A DNA stretch of 64,000 nucleotides. Origin: an uncultured Verrucomicrobiae bacterium. GTDB taxonomy: Bacteria; Verrucomicrobiota; Verrucomicrobiia; Opitutales; JABDGR01. The position numbers and the translations under genes were made by a program. Below, one piece after another: positions 31,784 to 40,995 of this stretch (positions are counted from its first letter, which is position 1; each line of letters opens with the position of its first letter). The notes under the pieces are model-generated. The model was not told the origin of the DNA, did no database searches, and worked only from the letters and a program-made list of their open reading frames with translations. The stretch spans positions 96,001 to 160,000 of the forward strand of contig CAVXVB010000007.1 of assembly GCA_963765205.1 (NCBI GenBank), written 5' to 3'.

Positions 31784-33542
31784 ATGAAAAAGTACCCGCG
31801 CCCAACCCGCCGCCCCGGCCACCTTGTTGCCCAAATGCCGCACAGGCATCCAGGGCTTGGATGAAATCACCGGTGGCGGGTTGCCGCGCGGACGGCCCAC
31901 GCTGGTGTGCGGCGGCGCGGGTTGCGGCAAGACGCTCCTCGGCGCGGAGTTCCTCGTGCGCGGCGCGACGCTGTTCAATGAGCCGGGCGTGTTGATGGCC
32001 TTCGAGGAGACCGAAGTGGAGATGAAGGCCAATGTCGCCTCGCTCGGTTTTGATCTGGCGGGCTTGGTCCGGCGCAAAAAAATTTTGGTGGACTATGTGC
32101 ATATCGAGCGCAGCGAAGTCCAGGAAAGCGGCGAGTATGACCTCGAGGGATTGTTCGTCCGGCTCAATCACGCGATTAATTCCATTGGCGCCAAGCGCGT
32201 GGTGCTGGACACGCTCGAGGCCTTGTTTGCCAGCCTGCACAACGAAGCCATCCTGCGCGCGGAGTTGCGCCGGCTCTTCCGCTGGCTCAAGGACAAGGGC
32301 GTGACCGCCGTCATCACCGCCGAGCGCGGGCGCGAGCAATTTACCCGCCACGGGCTGGAGGAATACGTGTCCGACTGCGTCATCCTGCTCGACCACCGCG
32401 TCAATGACCAGATTGCCACGCGGCACCTGCGCGTGGTCAAGTATCGCGGCGCGCTGCACGGCACCAACGAATTTCCCTTCCTCATCGGCGAGACGGGCAT
32501 CAGCGTGCTGCCCATCACGTCGCTGGGTCTGAACCACAAAATCTCGAGCGAGCGGATTGGCACCGGCATCCCCCGGCTGGACGCCATGCTGGGCGGGAAA
32601 GGGTTTTTTCGCGGCAGCAGCATTTTGCTGACGGGCACGCCCGGCACGGGCAAGACCATTGTCGCCGCCAACTTTGCGCAAGCCGCCGCCCGGCGCGGGG
32701 AACGCGTGCTCTTCTTCTCCTTCGAGGAATCGCCCAATCAAATCATCCGCAACCTGCATTCCATTGGGTTGCGCCTGGAGCCGCTGGTCAAGAAAGACTT
32801 GCTGCGTTTCCACTCGGCGCGGCCTTCGCTTTACGGCTTGGAAATGCACCTGGCGACGATGTTTAAGGAAATCGACGCGTTTCAACCCGCCGTCGTCGTC
32901 ATAGACCCGATTACCAGCCTGATGGACGCCGGCACCGACTCCGAAAGCAAGGGCATGGTGACCCGGCTGATTGATTATCTCAAGGGCAGCCAAGTCACTT
33001 CGCTGTTCACGAGTTTGACCCAAGGCGGCCACGCGCTGCAACAAAGCGAAATGGCCATGTCCTCGCTGATGGACTCCTGGCTGTTGTTGCAGGACTTTGA
33101 AGGCAACGGCGAACGCAACCGCGTGCTCTACGTGCTCAAGGCGCGCGGCATGGCCCACTCAAACCAAATCCGCGAGTTCCTGATTTCCAACCGGGGCATT
33201 GACCTCGTGGACGCCTATATCGGCCCCAGTGGCGTGTTGACCGGCTCCGCCCGCGTGGCCCAAAGCGCCCTCGAAAAAGCCGGCATTCTCGCCAGCCACC
33301 AGGAAGCCGCCCGCCGCAAGCGCGAACTCGAGCACAAACGCGAGGCGCTCGAACGGCAAATCAGCGGCTTGCGCTCCGAGCACGAAGCCAGCGCCGACGA
33401 ACTGCGGCAAATTGACGAGCAGGTTGGCACGCAAACGCGTTTGCTGAAGACCGAGCGGACGGAGTTGGGGCGCTTGCGCCAGGCGGATGTCGCGGTCGCG
33501 GGCAGCGCGGTTGGCAAACACCGCAATGGGAGGCGAAACTAA
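31784..33542 (+). CDS. kaiC: Circadian clock-family ATPase KaiC (KaiC2-like); ATG 31784 out of frame by one A, ORF track start TTG 31824
   Basis: Two Walker A motifs GGAGCGKT and GTPGTGKT, two FEE motifs, [22 protein letters not shown] at the phosphosite position. Confidence 0.95.
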
Positions 33543-33871
33543 TGAAAGCCAAAACAATAAAACGACCCGCCGCCGGCTCCCCTCGCCCGCGTGCCAAATT
33601 CTGGCAACTGCGTCTTTATGTGATGGACCAGACGCCCAAATCCGTGACGGCCTTTTCCAACCTCAAGAAAATTTGCGAAAGCCACCTCAAAGGCCGCTAT
33701 CGCATCACCGTGATTGATTTGCAGAAGCACCCCCATCTGGCCAAAGGCGACCAAATCCTGGCCGTGCCCACGGTCGTGCGCAAGTTGCCGATCCCCGTGC
33801 GCATCCTCATCGGCAACCTTTCCGAAACCGACCGCCTGCTGGTCGGCCTGGATTTGCGGCTGGCGGATTAA
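33542..33871 (+). CDS. kaiB: KaiB
   Basis: [34 protein letters not shown]. Confidence 0.92.
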   Translation: MKAKTIKRPAAGSPRPRAKFWQLRLYVMDQTPKSVTAFSNLKKICESHLKGRYRITVIDLQKHPHLAKGDQILAVPTVVRKLPIPVRILIGNLSETDRLLVGLDLRLAD

Positions 33872-33886
33872 CCGAGACGAACGCGC

Positions 33887-34234
33887 GTGAAAAACAGCAA
33901 AACCAGAAACCCGGCGGCGGCGAAGGCCCGGCCCCCCCGGCCCGAGGGCCAATACGTTTTGCGGCTCTTCGTGGCGGGGGCCACGACCCGCTCGCGTGAA
34001 GCGGTCCTGCGCGTCCGGCAATTATGCGCCGTCGAATTGCAGGGCAACTGCCAACTCGAAGTGATTGACATCTATCAACAGCCCGAGCTGGCGCGCGCCA
34101 ACCAGATCGTCGCGACCCCGACGCTGATCAAGGAATTTCCCCGGCCGATCCGCCGGTTCATCGGCAACCTGCTCAACCTCACCGGCCTGCTGGTCGAGAT
34201 GGATTTGAACTCCGCAGCTAAAAGCACCGTTTGA
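33887..34234 (+). CDS. kaiB: Second KaiB-like protein
   Basis: YVLRLFVAGATTRS, QIVATPTLIKEFPRPIRRFIGNL. Confidence 0.88.
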   Translation: MKNSKTRNPAAAKARPPRPEGQYVLRLFVAGATTRSREAVLRVRQLCAVELQGNCQLEVIDIYQQPELARANQIVATPTLIKEFPRPIRRFIGNLLNLTGLLVEMDLNSAAKSTV

Positions 34235-35493
34235 AAGCCCGCCGCCATAAGGGTTCAGCCCACCCCAAGCCGTCCCGCGAACTCGCGGAACTGCGGCTCC
34301 GCCTGGCCGACGCGGAGGAAACCCTCCGCGCCATTCGCACCGGCGAGGTGGACACGGTGCTGGTCGCGGGGAGGCAAGGCCCGCAAGTGTTCACGCTGCA
34401 AGGCGCCGAGCACGCCTACCGGATGCTCATCGAATCCATGAACGAAGGGGCGCTGACGCTGACGGCGGACAAGACGATTCTTTACGCCAACCAGTGTTTC
34501 GCCCGCATGGTTCAATGTCCGCTCGAGCAAGTGATGGGCAGTTCCTTTCGCCGTTTCCTCTCGGCGGAGGATTTGGCCGCCTTCCGGCCCCTGCTGAAAC
34601 GGGCCGGTCAATCCGGCGCAAAAATCCAGGTGCGATTGAAAGTTGCCGACGGCTCGCAAATGTCGGCGCAAATCTCCATTCGCCGGCTGCGCAAAAATGG
34701 CTATACGCGTGCCCCCGTCGGCCTCGTGGTGACGGATCTGACGGAGGCCCGGCGCACTGAGGAACTCCTGCGGGCGTTGACCCACCGCGTGGTGCAAGTG
34801 CAGGAGGCCGAGCGCGGGCGCGTGGCCCTTGAACTGCACGACAACATCACCCAACTGCTGTGCGCCATTCTCTTTCGCAGCCAGGCGCTGGCGGACAGTC
34901 TGTCCGTGCGCGAAGGGCCGGCGAAGCAGGAGGCGATGATCCTGCGCGAGCTGCTCGGCCAGACGGCCGCGGAAGTCGAGCGCATCTCGCGCAATCTGCG
35001 GCCCGGGGTTCTGGATCAACTGGGTCTGGCCGCCGTTTTGGGCGCCACCAGCACGGAATTTGCGGCGCGGACGGGGGTGTTGGTCAAGCTGGCCTGTGTG
35101 GAACTGACCGCGCGGTTGCCGGTCGACACCGAGTTGGCGCTCTACCGCATCCTCCAGGAAGCCTTGAACAACGTGGAGCAGCACGCCAGCGCCCGCCACG
35201 TCGAGGTACACCTGACCAAGCTGGGCGATCTCGTGCAGTTGGTGATCCAGGATGATGGGGACGGCTTTGATTCGGATGACCACCCGGCCCGACGGAAAGG
35301 CAAGGGCGACCTCGGCCTGCTCAGCATGCGCGAGCGCGCGACCTACGTGGGGGGCGCGCTCACGGTCAAATCCGGCCGCCGCCATGTCGGCACGGAAATC
35401 AAGGTGCGCATTCCGCTGCCGCCCACGGTGGTGGCGGTCGGGGCGCGCAGCCCGGCGCGGGGCCGCTTCAAGCAGGAGAACAAGAAAAAATGA
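34231..35493 (+). CDS. Cytoplasmic PAS histidine kinase (HisKA_3 type)
   Basis: PAS LIESMNEG..ILYANQ; ERGRVALELHD; QEALNN..QDDGDGF..LGLLSMRERA. Confidence 0.9.
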   Translation: MKARRHKGSAHPKPSRELAELRLRLADAEETLRAIRTGEVDTVLVAGRQGPQVFTLQGAEHAYRMLIESMNEGALTLTADKTILYANQCFARMVQCPLEQVMGSSFRRFLSAEDLAAFRPLLKRAGQSGAKIQVRLKVADGSQMSAQISIRRLRKNGYTRAPVGLVVTDLTEARRTEELLRALTHRVVQVQEAERGRVALELHDNITQLLCAILFRSQALADSLSVREGPAKQEAMILRELLGQTAAEVERISRNLRPGVLDQLGLAAVLGATSTEFAARTGVLVKLACVELTARLPVDTELALYRILQEALNNVEQHASARHVEVHLTKLGDLVQLVIQDDGDGFDSDDHPARRKGKGDLGLLSMRERATYVGGALTVKSGRRHVGTEIKVRIPLPPTVVAVGARSPARGRFKQENKKK

Positions 35494-36176
35494 GCGTGGC
35501 GAAACAGATCACCGTCCTCCTGGCCGAAGATCACATCGTCGTCCGGCAGGGATTGTGCGCGCTGCTAAAGCTGGACGGGGATTTTAAAATTGTGGGCGAG
35601 GCGCGAACGGGCCGCGAAGCGGTGCAACTGGCGCAGGCCCTGCGGCCGGATGTCATCCTGATGGACATTGCCATGGCGCTGCTCAATGGCCTGGAGGCGA
35701 CGCGGCAAATTCTCGCCGCCCAGCCGGCCGCGCGGGTGCTCATTTTGTCGGCGCACAGCGACGATGCGTATGTCGAGCGCATGAACGCGGTCGGCGCGGC
35801 CGGGTTCCTGGAAAAACAGTCGTCGGGCAAAATTCTGGCCCAGGCGGTCCACGCCGTCGCGCAAGGCAAAGCCTTTTTCAGCCCCGCCATCGCCCGGCGC
35901 CTGCGGCATAACCAAAACCAACCGGGTGGCCGGGCCGGCCTGCGCAAGGCCAAGGGCGCCCTGCTGACGTCCCGCGAAGCCGAGGTGCTGCAACTGGTGG
36001 CCGAGGGCGCGGCCAACAAACAAGTCGCGGCGGAACTTGGCCTCAGCATCAAGACGGTTGAGAAGCACCGGCAGAGCCTCATGAGCAGGCTCAACCTCCA
36101 TGACACCGCCGGCCTGACCCGCTATGCGATCGCCACCGGCGTCATCGAGTGCAGTGTGCAATTGACCATTGTGTAG
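35490..36176 (+). CDS. NarL/LuxR-family response regulator
   Basis: REC domain (AEDH, LMDIAM) plus LTSREAEVLQLVAEG..KTVEKHR. Confidence 0.92.
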   Translation: MSVAKQITVLLAEDHIVVRQGLCALLKLDGDFKIVGEARTGREAVQLAQALRPDVILMDIAMALLNGLEATRQILAAQPAARVLILSAHSDDAYVERMNAVGAAGFLEKQSSGKILAQAVHAVAQGKAFFSPAIARRLRHNQNQPGGRAGLRKAKGALLTSREAEVLQLVAEGAANKQVAAELGLSIKTVEKHRQSLMSRLNLHDTAGLTRYAIATGVIECSVQLTIV

Positions 36177-36202
36177 CCGCCGGCGGTGGTGGGTCGTTTT
36201 GC

Positions 36203-36337
36203 AGGGCGGCGTGGGGAATCAGGGACAAAACACGGGGGTAAATCAACGGGGATTTCATGGGGGCAACGCGGGGGGTGGGGAAGGGTAATTGTAGTGTGCG
36301 AGCGTCGCCCGGCAAGCCCGCAGTGGGGGGGTGGAAA
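36203..36337 (-). repeat. Degenerate copy of the PL4 5' end/promoter (31333-31463)
   Basis: Shared acaaaacacg..ggta..aacggg.atttcatggg..taattgtagtg..cggcaagc..gcagtgg. Confidence 0.8.
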
Positions 36338-36505
36338 AAAGTACTAATTTGCAGGCGCTAATTCTACGGTTGGATTTTCGCTGATCTCCAGACAGGACAA
36401 TTTCGTCAGCTTTTCCCATTGAATCAGGTTATTGCCGTCGCAAAACTGTTCCCGGAATGAGTTCGTGAAGCTAGGGGAGGAAGAGCATGGGACGGAAGGA
36501 GCAGA

Positions 36506-36601
36506 GGGACAAAGGGACAAAGGGACAAAGGGACAAAGGGACAAAGGGACAAAGGGACAAAGGGACAAAGGGACAAAGGGACAAAGGGACAAAGGGACAA
36601 A
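36506..36601 (+). repeat. (GGGACAAA)x12 tandem repeat; composite element to ~36770
   Basis: 12 units counted; followed by TGAATATTCAGCAATCAGCATTCAGAACTCAGCAAT core. Confidence 0.95.
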
Positions 36602-36773
36602 GGCGACTGAGGATGGGAAAGGGGTGGGGAATTTGATTTTTGCGAGCCTTAACCGAACCGAGCTGCCCGCGAGTTGTTATGAATATTCAGCAATCAGCAT
36701 TCAGAACTCAGCAATTAGTCTTGGCCCATCAGTCGCCTCAGTGCCCTTAGTCGCTTCAGTCGCCTCGGCCGCT

Positions 36774-37178
36774 TCATCCCATAATGTGCAATTCCCGCTC
36801 CAATTGTTCGCGCATTTCCGCGGGCAGGCCGGGATTTTGCACCAGAACCTGGAGTGCTTTTTCCGCCGCGACGTGACGCGCGCTGAGTTGCTCTTCATAT
36901 TCACGGGTATCGTGTTCCAACTTCTTCAAGCCCTGGGCGCTTTGCGCGAGTTTGGAGATGGCACCGGCCACGGTGTTCAGGTCGGTGAGTTTCGGTTTTT
37001 TGCCTTTCCAGCGGGTCAAAAGGTCGAAAAGGAATTGCCAGGTCATGGTCAGCGCCTCGCTGGCGTATTCGTGGCCGGGGCCCAGCAAGCGAACCGCTTC
37101 GTCGGTCTGGCAGCGGGCATTGCGCAAGTGGTCCGGATGCTCGGCGAACGGCGCGGGGGTGGCGGTTTTTTTTGCTAT
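36774..37178 (-). pseudogene. Mu gp27/DUF3486-like protein; expected start codon reads ATA
   Basis: Helical protein ending GLPAEMREQLERELHIMG; TAAcATA junction with the upstream gene; gene order. Confidence 0.45.
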
Positions 37179-37179
37179 G

Positions 37180-37448
37180 TTAAATCAAGTGTTCGGCTTC
37201 AAGATAATCGCGGCCGGCGGCGGTGAGGCGGGCGCGGGGGAGGCCGCGGGAGAGGGCGGCGGGGACGATTTCCAGGAGATTTTTTCCGGCGAGGTAGTCC
37301 AGCTCGGCGGCGAGGGCGTCCTCCGCGAGGCGAAAGCCGGCGAGGAGGACGCCGTGGCGGAGGGTGGCGGGGGCAGGGAAGCGGGCGCGGCGGCGGCGAG
37401 CTGGCGCAGGAGGGCGTGGCGCAGGAGCAGGTGTTGTTCGGGGGACAT
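37180..37448 (-). pseudogene. Mu gp26-like small protein, frameshifted near 37370
   Basis: Joined translation LLRHALLRQL...AELDYLAGKNLLE...RLTAAGRDYLEAEHLI. Confidence 0.55.
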
Positions 37449-37665
37449 GGGAGGGGGAAGTGTTTTGGTTTTCTGGTGCTTGGTTGCTTGGTTCTTGGTT
37501 TTGGAGATGGTTTCTTCAAATGGGCTTAATCCGGAGCGCGGTGCTTCAGCCCGCGCTCTACATCGTTGTTGGTTAGAAGCGCGGGCCAAAGCACCGCGCT
37601 CCGGAAGGCTGGATGAATGGATTCATGAGGTGTCAAGAGAGGTTTTCGTGTCGGTAATACGTCGC

Positions 37666-38082
37666 TCAGCCTTCCGCGTTCCGGGCGCCGCGCTCGATGA
37701 GGCGGTCGAGTTTGGCGTCGAGGTGGTGGAGGCGCTGGGTGAGGAGTTCGGCTTCTTTTTGCAGGGCGGCGACGCCGCGTTCGAGGGCGCGGATGCTTTC
37801 GTAAACTTTTTCGCGGGAGGTGGCGGAGGCGCGGTGGTTGTCCTCGGCCTTGCGCTCGAAGTCGGCGACGAGGCCGTCGAGGCGGGCGTCGAGGTCGGCG
37901 AGGTTTTCGCGGGAGGCATATTCCTTGTGGAGGGGCGGGACCGGGTCGGGCTGGCGCAGGTGGCCCTTCCACAGGTCGAGCGCGTGCTTGAGCGCGACCA
38001 GGATGGCGGCGGTGATGACAAAGTATTGGTAGTATTCGGTCGCGCCGGGGTCGCCGGCGGCCGGGAGGGCGGAGGGATTCTT
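37666..38082 (-). CDS. Mu gp25/DUF2730-like TM plus coiled-coil protein; no ATG (AAG at the likely start)
   Basis: TM YFVITAAILVAL, EYASRENL, coiled coil ending LDAKLDRLIER; first gene of the triplet. Confidence 0.5.
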   Translation of the reverse strand, partial: KNPSALPAAGDPGATEYYQYFVITAAILVALKHALDLWKGHLRQPDPVPPLHKEYASRENLADLDARLDGLVADFERKAEDNHRASATSREKVYESIRALERGVAALQKEAELLTQRLHHLDAKLDRLIERGARNAEG

Positions 38083-38096
38083 GCGGGAAATGGGCG

Positions 38097-38155
38097 AGTT
38101 TACCACAGGTTGCGTCTTTTGGGAAATGATGCGTTGGTTGCGTTGGATAGGTTTG
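38097..38155 (-). promoter_or_regulatory. Putative promoter: three 9-bp repeats, 20 nt, CTGTGGTAAACT
   Basis: caaacctat/ccaacgcaa/ccaacgcat on the minus strand; same spacing as 6480-6556. Confidence 0.55.
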
Positions 38156-38175
38156 ATTAAAGTTTCGAGTGTAGA

Positions 38176-38356
38176 GGGACAGAGGGACAGAGGGACAGAG
38201 GGACAGAGGGACAGAGGGACAGAGGGACAGAGGGACAGAGGGACAGAGGGACAGAGGGACAGAGGGACAGAGGGACAGAGGGACAGAGGGACAGAGGGAC
38301 AGAGGGACAGAGGGACAGAGGGACAGAGGGACAGAGGGACAGAGGGACAGAGGGAC
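38176..38356 (+). repeat. (GGGACAGA)x22 tandem repeat; composite element to ~38505
   Basis: 22 full units plus a partial one; same core and inverted arm downstream. Confidence 0.95.
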
Positions 38357-38588
38357 GGTGCCGGCGAGGGGGAATTTTACTTTTGTCCAGCTTTAAGGGG
38401 GCCGGGTCGCAACAGAGTTTTTGAATATTCAGCAATCAGCATTCAGAACTCAGCAATCCGCCTTGGCCCCTCAGTGCCTTTGTGCCTCTGCCCCTTTGTC
38501 CCTTCGGGCTTTCTTTTTGCATTGCCCGCCGGGCGCGGGGCGTGCATGGTTCTTGCTCCACGGATTCCGCCAACCCATCCCTGCCCTC

Positions 38589-39707
38589 GTGAGCACCAAA
38601 ACCGCCACCCGCGCCCCGGCGTCAAAGCCTGAATTGGAACCGCGTGCCATGGCCGCCCTGGCCAAAGACCCGGTCAACGCCGTGTTGACCGCGGCGGACA
38701 AGCTGCGCCTTTACCGCGACATGATCCGCATCCGGCGTTTTGAGGAGCGGTGCGTGCCGGTTTACCAAAAGGGCAAAATTGGCGGCTTCCTGCACTTATA
38801 TATAGGCCAGGAGGCGGTGGCTGTCGGCGCGGTTTCGCTGTTGGGCGAACACGACCACATCATCACGGCTTACCGCGACCACGGGCACGCGCTCGCCGTC
38901 GGCATGAGCATGAACGAGTGCATGGCGGAGTTGACGGGCAAGGTCACGGGCTGCTCGAAGGGCAAGGGCGGCTCGATGCACTTTTTCGCTCCGGACAAGA
39001 AATACTGGGGCGGGCACGGCATCGTCGGCGGCCAGGTTCCGCTCGGGACGGGGCTGGCCTACGCGCTGAAATACAAGGGCGTCAAGGGCTGCTGCCTCAC
39101 CTTCATGGGCGACGGGGCGGTGAACCAGGGCGCGGTGCATGAGGCGTATAATTTGGCGGCGCTGTGGAGTTTGCCGGTGGTGTTCATCATCGAGAACAAC
39201 AAATACTCGATGGGCACGAGTCAGGAACGTTCCAGCGCGGGCGAGCCGCTGGCCAAGCGCGCCGAGGGCTACGACATGGCGTGGGAATTGTGCAACGGCA
39301 ACATCCTTTACGAGGTCCGCCAGAAAACCGCCGAGGCGATCAAGCGCGCGCACGAGGAATCCAAGCCGACCATTTTGGAAATTTACACCTACCGCTATCG
39401 CGGCCACTCCGTGGCCGACCCGGACAATACTTACCGCGCCAAGCAGGAAATCTCCGATTACCGCGAAAACAAGGACCCGATCACGTTGTTTCAAAAATGC
39501 CTTCAGTTCGAAGACGTGCTCGATGACGCCGCGATCGCGAAAATTGACGAGGAGGCCCGCGCCGAAGCCGAGGCCTCCGCCAAATTCGCCGACGACTCGC
39601 CCTTCCCCCAGCCGGAATCCATCATGCAGGATATCTATTGGGAAGAGGACAACCGCACGGAGAAAACAAACTCCAAGGGGCGGATTAGTTTTCAGGATTT
39701 GGAGTAA
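38589..39707 (+). CDS. pdhA: Pyruvate dehydrogenase E1 alpha
   Basis: GGFLHLYIGQEA, GKGGSMH, GDGAVNQG..NN, YRYRGHS. Confidence 0.95.
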   Translation: MSTKTATRAPASKPELEPRAMAALAKDPVNAVLTAADKLRLYRDMIRIRRFEERCVPVYQKGKIGGFLHLYIGQEAVAVGAVSLLGEHDHIITAYRDHGHALAVGMSMNECMAELTGKVTGCSKGKGGSMHFFAPDKKYWGGHGIVGGQVPLGTGLAYALKYKGVKGCCLTFMGDGAVNQGAVHEAYNLAALWSLPVVFIIENNKYSMGTSQERSSAGEPLAKRAEGYDMAWELCNGNILYEVRQKTAEAIKRAHEESKPTILEIYTYRYRGHSVADPDNTYRAKQEISDYRENKDPITLFQKCLQFEDVLDDAAIAKIDEEARAEAEASAKFADDSPFPQPESIMQDIYWEEDNRTEKTNSKGRISFQDLE

Positions 39708-39815
39708 ACCCGATTTTTCACCGCGAAGACGCAAAGGACGCAAAGAAAATTTTCCCACCAAGAACAACCCCTTCGCGCGCTTTGCGCCTTGGCGGTGAAT
39801 TCCCAAACTTCTCCC

Positions 39816-40790
39816 ATGCCTGTCATCACCTACCGCGAAGCGTTGCGCCATGCCATGGCCGAGGAACTGGACCGTGATCCGAACGTCGTGATCATGGGCG
39901 AGGAGGTCGCGCAGTTCAACGGCGCCTACAAAGTCACCGAGGGCCTGCTCGAAAAATACGGGCCGAAGCGGATTGTGGACACGCCGATCAGCGAGGCGGG
40001 CTTCATCGGCCTGGGCATCGGGGCCTCGATGCTGGGCATCCGGCCGGTGATGGAATTGATGTTTTGGTCGTTCAGCTACGTCGCCTTCGACCAGGCGTTC
40101 AACAACGCGGCGAGCATCCGCTACATGTCGGGCGGGTTGATCAACCTGCCCATCGTCATCCGCGGGCCGGCCAACGGCGGCACCAACGTCGGCGCGACGC
40201 ACTCGCACACGCCGGAGAATTTCATCGCCAACACGCCGGGCCTCAAGGTCGTCTGCCCCACGACGCCCTATGACGCCAAGGGGCTGCTCAAGGCCGCCAT
40301 CCGCGACAACGACCCGGTTTATGTGATGGAAAATACGATTTTGTATAATGACAAGGGCGAGGTGCCCGACGAGGACTACGTGATTCCGCTAGGCGTGGCC
40401 GACGTGAAGCGCGCGGGGACGGACCTGACCATCATCGCGCATGGGCGCGCGGTGCTTACCGCGTTGAAGGCGGCGGAAATTTTGCAGGCCGAGCACGATG
40501 TGTCCGCTGAGGTGGTGGACCTGCGCTCGATCCGCCCGCTGGACACGGAGACGATCCTGCAATCCGTGCGCAAGACGCACCGGGTGCTGCTGGTCGAAGA
40601 AAACAAGCCTTTCTGCGGAGTCGGCGCGCAAATCTCGCACTTGATTCAATCGGAGGCGTTTGACGACCTTGATGCGCCGGTGAAGCGCGTCTCGGCGCTG
40701 GACGCTCCGCAAATTTATTCGATGCCGCTGGAAAAATTCCAAATTCCCGACCCGCAGCGGGTGGTGCGCGCGGCGTTGAGCGTGGGATAA
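39816..40790 (+). CDS. pdhB: Pyruvate dehydrogenase E1 beta
   Basis: ITYREAL, DTPISEAGF, VVDLRSIRPLD. Confidence 0.95.
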   Translation: MPVITYREALRHAMAEELDRDPNVVIMGEEVAQFNGAYKVTEGLLEKYGPKRIVDTPISEAGFIGLGIGASMLGIRPVMELMFWSFSYVAFDQAFNNAASIRYMSGGLINLPIVIRGPANGGTNVGATHSHTPENFIANTPGLKVVCPTTPYDAKGLLKAAIRDNDPVYVMENTILYNDKGEVPDEDYVIPLGVADVKRAGTDLTIIAHGRAVLTALKAAEILQAEHDVSAEVVDLRSIRPLDTETILQSVRKTHRVLLVEENKPFCGVGAQISHLIQSEAFDDLDAPVKRVSALDAPQIYSMPLEKFQIPDPQRVVRAALSVG

Positions 40791-40804
40791 AGAAGGCTAA
40801 GGCA

Positions 40805-40932
40805 TTCAACGCTCAACGTTTAACGTTCAACATTCAACGCTCAATTAAGAAAGCCCTTTCGGCGGGTTCACTGGGCGAAAATCCTTCTGGACTTCAAACT
40901 TGAGCGTTGAGCGTTAAACGTTAAATGTTGAG
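40805..40932. repeat. TTCAACG/CGTTGAG heptamer hairpin
   Basis: Inverted heptamer arms; second copy at 43860-43962. Confidence 0.8.
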
Positions 40933-40995
40933 CCTTCGGTTCGGATATAAAATGCAGAGATCCATGCAACCCATCTTCCGTAGCGCGGTGCTTTA

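Noticed and set aside
6579..38106. One intact Mu-like prophage spanning both remnants
   Set aside because: The intervening 30 kb is host-type genes; no transposase, terminase, capsid or tail genes.
38176..38356. CRISPR array interpretation of the octamer arrays
   Set aside because: Contiguous 8-bp units without spacers; no cas genes in the window.
36432..38632. ORFs running through the octamer repeats (GQRDKGTK / GQRDRGTE)
   Set aside because: Stop-free repeat translations that overlap better-supported minus-strand genes.
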